Source: an uncultured Chromatiales bacterium (GTDB taxonomy: Bacteria; Pseudomonadota; Gammaproteobacteria; SZUA-140). From it: 64,000 nucleotides of DNA. Below are positions 60,852-64,000 of this stretch, piece after piece. Every line of letters starts with the position of its first letter. Position 1 is the stretch's first letter. The stretch spans positions 9,826-73,825 of the forward strand of contig CAZOOF010000002.1 of NCBI GenBank assembly GCA_964581365.1, in the 5' to 3' direction. Position numbers and translations under genes: made by a program. Under the pieces are notes generated by a model. It was not told the origin of the DNA. It searched no databases and saw only the letters and a program-made list of their open reading frames with translations.

Positions 60852-62036
60852 ATGAAGACCCTGCAACTCAAGAAAAATGAAGAACGTCGCCTGCTGGCAG
60901 GGCATCCCTGGATTTTCAGCAACGAGGTGGACGTGGCTGCCACGCCGCTCACCGGGTTCCAGGCCGGTGAAATCGCCGTGGTGAGGGACAGCCGCGGCCG
61001 GCCGCTAGGGTCAGCCTACGTCAACCCGCACTCCCTGATCTGCGCCCGCCTATATGCGCGCGAGCCCGGTATCCACCTGGACGCTGCCTTGATCGCCGAG
61101 CGGGTACGGCAGGCCCAGGCGCTGCGCGGACGTCTGTTCGAGCGGCCGTACTACAGGCTGGTCTATAGCGAAAGCGACGCGCTTCCCGGGCTGGTAGTCG
61201 ATCGCTTCGGGGAACTGCTGGTGGGGCAAATCACTACCGCCGGCATGGAGTGCCGGCGTGAGGAGATCAGCGCGGCGCTTCGTGATGCGCTTGGCCCGCT
61301 ACCCCTGGTCTGGCGCAATGACACGGCGATCCGGACCCTTGAGGGGCTCGAGGCATACGTGGAGGCGCCGCCCGGCGCGCCTGAGCTGGTCCAGATAGAG
61401 GAAAACAGCTGTCGATTCGAGGTCCCCGTGGTTTCGGGACAGAAAACGGGCTGGTTCTTCGATCACCGGCTGGGACGCTCGCGGCTCCCGTTCTATGCCC
61501 GCGAGGCCCGCGTGCTCGACGTCTTTTCGTACGCCGGCGCTTGGGGCATCCAGGCCGCGGCGGCAGGCGCCAGGGAGGTGCTGTGCGTGGATTCATCTCA
61601 GGCGGCACTCGATCAGTTGCATCGCAACGCCGCGCTCAACGGCATGGAGGCCCGCGTACGCAGCGTGCGTGGCGATGCTTTCGAGGTTCTGGCCGAGCTG
61701 GCGGAGGCCGGCGAGCGCTTCGACCTGGTGATCGTCGATCCGCCGGCCTTCATCAAGCGGCGCAAGGACGTGAAGGCGGGAATCAGCGCCTACCGGCGCA
61801 TCAACCGGGCCGCCTTGCGCCTGCTCGGTGACGGCGGCGTACTCATCACCGCCTCGTGCTCGTTCCATCTGGCGGCCGACGAACTGCGCGATCTGATTCG
61901 CCTGGAAGGGAACCGTGCCGGACGGCATCTGCGCATTCTCGAACAGCATCGCCAGGGTCCGGACCATCCGGTGCATCCCGCGATTCCTGAAACCGACTAT
62001 CTGAAGACTTTCATCGTGCACGTCGGCCAGGCCTGA
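60852..62036 (+). CDS. rlmI: 23S rRNA (cytosine1962-C5)-methyltransferase RlmI.
   Basis: 394 aa. N-terminal PUA-like domain (LKKNEERRLLAGHPWIFSNEV), SAM-MTase motif (VLDVFSYAGAWG), and …DPPAF…. Confidence 0.8.
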   Translation: MKTLQLKKNEERRLLAGHPWIFSNEVDVAATPLTGFQAGEIAVVRDSRGRPLGSAYVNPHSLICARLYAREPGIHLDAALIAERVRQAQALRGRLFERPYYRLVYSESDALPGLVVDRFGELLVGQITTAGMECRREEISAALRDALGPLPLVWRNDTAIRTLEGLEAYVEAPPGAPELVQIEENSCRFEVPVVSGQKTGWFFDHRLGRSRLPFYAREARVLDVFSYAGAWGIQAAAAGAREVLCVDSSQAALDQLHRNAALNGMEARVRSVRGDAFEVLAELAEAGERFDLVIVDPPAFIKRRKDVKAGISAYRRINRAALRLLGDGGVLITASCSFHLAADELRDLIRLEGNRAGRHLRILEQHRQGPDHPVHPAIPETDYLKTFIVHVGQA

Positions 62037-62069
62037 GTCCTCACTCGCCGAGCTATACTGGTCGCCATC

Positions 62070-62873
62070 GTGTTGAAGCATCCTGCCATCGATCCTGTCG
62101 CCGTCACCATCGGCCCGATCAGCGTACACTGGTACGGACTGATGTACCTGATCGGCTTCGTCGCCGCCTGGTATCTCGGCCGGCGCCGCGCGGTTCCCGG
62201 CAGCGGATGGGATGCGCGTCTGGTCTCCGACCTGGTGTTCTATGGGGCGCTCGGCGCCGTCATTGGCGGCAGAATCGGCTACGTGCTGTTCTACGATCTG
62301 GAAGCGGTCATCGCCGAGCCGCTGCGGGCCTTGCGCATCTGGGAAGGCGGTATGTCCTTTCACGGCGGCCTGCTCGGCGCCATCGTCGCCATGGCGCTGT
62401 TCGCCCGCGGCACCGGCAAGCGTTTTTTCGAGGTCGCGGACTTTGCAGCACCGCTGGTGCCAATCGGTCTCGGCGCCGGCCGTATCGGCAACTTCATCAA
62501 CGGCGAGCTCTGGGGCCGCGTCAGTGAAGTGCCTTGGGCAATGGTGTTTTCGGACCCGCGCGCCGGCGGTCTGCCGCGCCATCCCTCACAACTCTATGAG
62601 GCGCTGCTCGAAGGAGCGGTGCTGTTTGTGTTGCTGTGGCTTTATTCGAGACGGCCGCGCCCCGTGATGGCCGTATCCGGCCTGTTTCTCGCCGGCTACG
62701 GCAGTCTGCGCTTTCTGGTTGAGTTCACCCGCATGCCCGACGATCACCTTGGCTTCATTGCCGGAAACTGGCTCACCATGGGACAGCTGCTGTCTCTGCC
62801 GATGATCGTCGCGGGAATCGTTCTGCTGACCCTGGCCCATCGGGCCGGGACAGTCTCGGGAGGGAAACCCTGA
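62070..62873 (+). CDS. lgt: Prolipoprotein diacylglyceryl transferase.
   Basis: 267 aa. Lgt signature …[11 protein letters not shown]…[10 protein letters not shown]…[11 protein letters not shown]…[14 protein letters not shown]…. Confidence 0.9.
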   Translation: MLKHPAIDPVAVTIGPISVHWYGLMYLIGFVAAWYLGRRRAVPGSGWDARLVSDLVFYGALGAVIGGRIGYVLFYDLEAVIAEPLRALRIWEGGMSFHGGLLGAIVAMALFARGTGKRFFEVADFAAPLVPIGLGAGRIGNFINGELWGRVSEVPWAMVFSDPRAGGLPRHPSQLYEALLEGAVLFVLLWLYSRRPRPVMAVSGLFLAGYGSLRFLVEFTRMPDDHLGFIAGNWLTMGQLLSLPMIVAGIVLLTLAHRAGTVSGGKP

Positions 62874-63667
62874 TGAAGCAGTATCTGGAATTGCTCCGCC
62901 ACATCCGGGAGCACGGCACCCGCAAGGAAGATCGCACCGGGACCGGCACGCTCAGTGTATTCGGCCATCAGATGAGGTTCGACCTGGGCGCGGGCTTCCC
63001 GCTGCTGACCACCAAGAAGGTGCACCTGCGCAGCATCATTCACGAGCTGCTGTGGTTCCTCAAGGGAGATACCAATATCGCCTATCTACGCGAGCACGGC
63101 GTCACCATCTGGGATGAGTGGGCCGATGAGCAGGGCGAACTGGGTCCGGTCTATGGTTGCCAGTGGCGCGCCTGGCCGACTGCCGATGGCCGCCACATCG
63201 ATCAGATCTCAGCCGTCGTCGACCAGATCAGGAACAACCCCGATTCCCGACGCCTGATCGTCAGCGCCTGGAACGTCGCCGATATCGAGCAGATGGCCCT
63301 GCCGCCCTGTCATCTCCTGTTCCAGTTCTATGTCGCGGACGGCCGGCTGTCATGCCAGCTCTATCAGCGCAGCGCCGACGTATTTCTCGGCGTGCCGTTC
63401 AACATCGCCTCCTATGCCCTGCTGACGCAGATGATCGCCCAGGTCACCGGGCTGCAGGCCGGGGAGTTCATCCATACACTGGGCGATGCCCACCTGTACC
63501 TGAACCATCTCGAACAGGCCGATACACAGCTCGCCCGCGACCCGCTGCCGCTTCCACATATGAGGCTCAATCCTTCCCGCCGCGACCTGTTCGATTTCGT
63601 CTATGAGGATTTCACCCTCGAAGGATACGAGTGCCATCCGGCGATCAAGGCGCCGGTCGCGGTCTGA
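62873..63667 (+). CDS. thyA: Thymidylate synthase ThyA.
   Basis: 264 aa. [11 protein letters not shown]…[12 protein letters not shown]…[12 protein letters not shown]… includes the catalytic Cys. The start overlaps the lgt stop. Confidence 0.9.
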   Translation: MKQYLELLRHIREHGTRKEDRTGTGTLSVFGHQMRFDLGAGFPLLTTKKVHLRSIIHELLWFLKGDTNIAYLREHGVTIWDEWADEQGELGPVYGCQWRAWPTADGRHIDQISAVVDQIRNNPDSRRLIVSAWNVADIEQMALPPCHLLFQFYVADGRLSCQLYQRSADVFLGVPFNIASYALLTQMIAQVTGLQAGEFIHTLGDAHLYLNHLEQADTQLARDPLPLPHMRLNPSRRDLFDFVYEDFTLEGYECHPAIKAPVAV

Positions 63668-63669
63668 TC

Positions 63670-64000
63670 ATGATTTCGCTCATTGCGGCGATGGCACGCA
63701 ACCGTGTCATCGGGAGGGATGGAGCTCTGCCCTGGCGCCTGCCGGAGGACCTGCGTCACTTTCGCGCGCTGACGATCGGCAAGCCGGTGATCATGGGACG
63801 CAAGACCTGCGAGTCACTGGGGCGCCCGCTGTCGGAGCGGCGCAACCTGGTCATTACACGTCAGCAAGATTACGAGGCGCCAGCAGGCTTCACGGTCCAC
63901 GCCAGCCTGGAAGAGGCCTTGTCGGACTGTGCCGACGCTCCCGAGATCATGGTGATTGGAGGTGCCGAGGTGTACGCGCAGGCGCTGACTCAGGCAGACC
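63670..64000 (+). CDS. folA: Dihydrofolate reductase FolA (5' part; truncated by the window end).
   Basis: MISLIAAMARNRVIGRDGALPWRLPEDLRHFRALTIGKPVIMGRKT… is the canonical DHFR N-terminus. It begins 3 nt after the thyA stop. Confidence 0.85.
   Translation, partial: MISLIAAMARNRVIGRDGALPWRLPEDLRHFRALTIGKPVIMGRKTCESLGRPLSERRNLVITRQQDYEAPAGFTVHASLEEALSDCADAPEIMVIGGAEVYAQALTQAD

Noticed and set aside
1-64000. CRISPR arrays, tRNA/rRNA genes, transposases or integrases
   Set aside because: No direct-repeat/spacer periodicity, no tRNA T-loop-like GGTTCGAATCC motifs in plausible cloverleaf context, and no transposase or recombinase-like translations were seen. The window appears to be core chromosome.

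Overview
This is a 64-kb, gene-dense chromosomal window from a GC-rich (about 65%) Gram-negative bacterium, probably a gammaproteobacterial chemolitho- or photo-autotroph. That placement rests on phosphoribulokinase, a RegB/RegA redox two-component system, class I FBPase, rubredoxin and a full glycine-cleavage operon. I call about 70 protein-coding genes on both strands, with many 1-8 nt overlaps between adjacent genes (operons). I found no rRNA, tRNA, CRISPR array, transposase or integrase.

Housekeeping content:
- thiD-thiE-hemL
- cca, ubiX, mpl
- a base-excision repair cluster (nfi, uvrD, tag, SMUG-type UDG)
- prk
- gcvT-gcvH-gcvPA-tpx-gcvPB
- fbp, rlmI, lgt, thyA, and the start of folA

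The most notable region is 29.8-41.4 kb. It holds a porin-cytochrome extracellular-electron-transfer module: an MtoA/PioA/MtrA-like decaheme cytochrome with ten CxxCH motifs, translationally coupled to a 736-aa MtoB/PioB/MtrB-like outer-membrane barrel. Next to it is a convergent operon encoding a soluble tetraheme cytochrome plus a membrane GGDEF sensor whose periplasmic domain carries a Cys-X5-Cys-His motif. Around these sit a 1198-aa PAS-GGDEF-EAL protein, a receiver-only response regulator and a degenerate GGDEF relic. Together this looks like an iron/redox conduit embedded in c-di-GMP signalling.

Other points of interest:
- a candidate about 65-nt small RNA with sigma70-like promoter and an intrinsic terminator, carrying a CU-rich loop, between regB and rubredoxin
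- two tandem formylglycine-generating-enzyme-family genes, one fused to a di-heme c domain
- a 971-aa secreted LVIVD-repeat protein
- a standalone methionine-synthase activation-domain gene
- a PfkB kinase translationally coupled to a pentapeptide-repeat protein immediately upstream of uvrD

All calls are from reading the sequence and the ORF translations. I ran no database searches.
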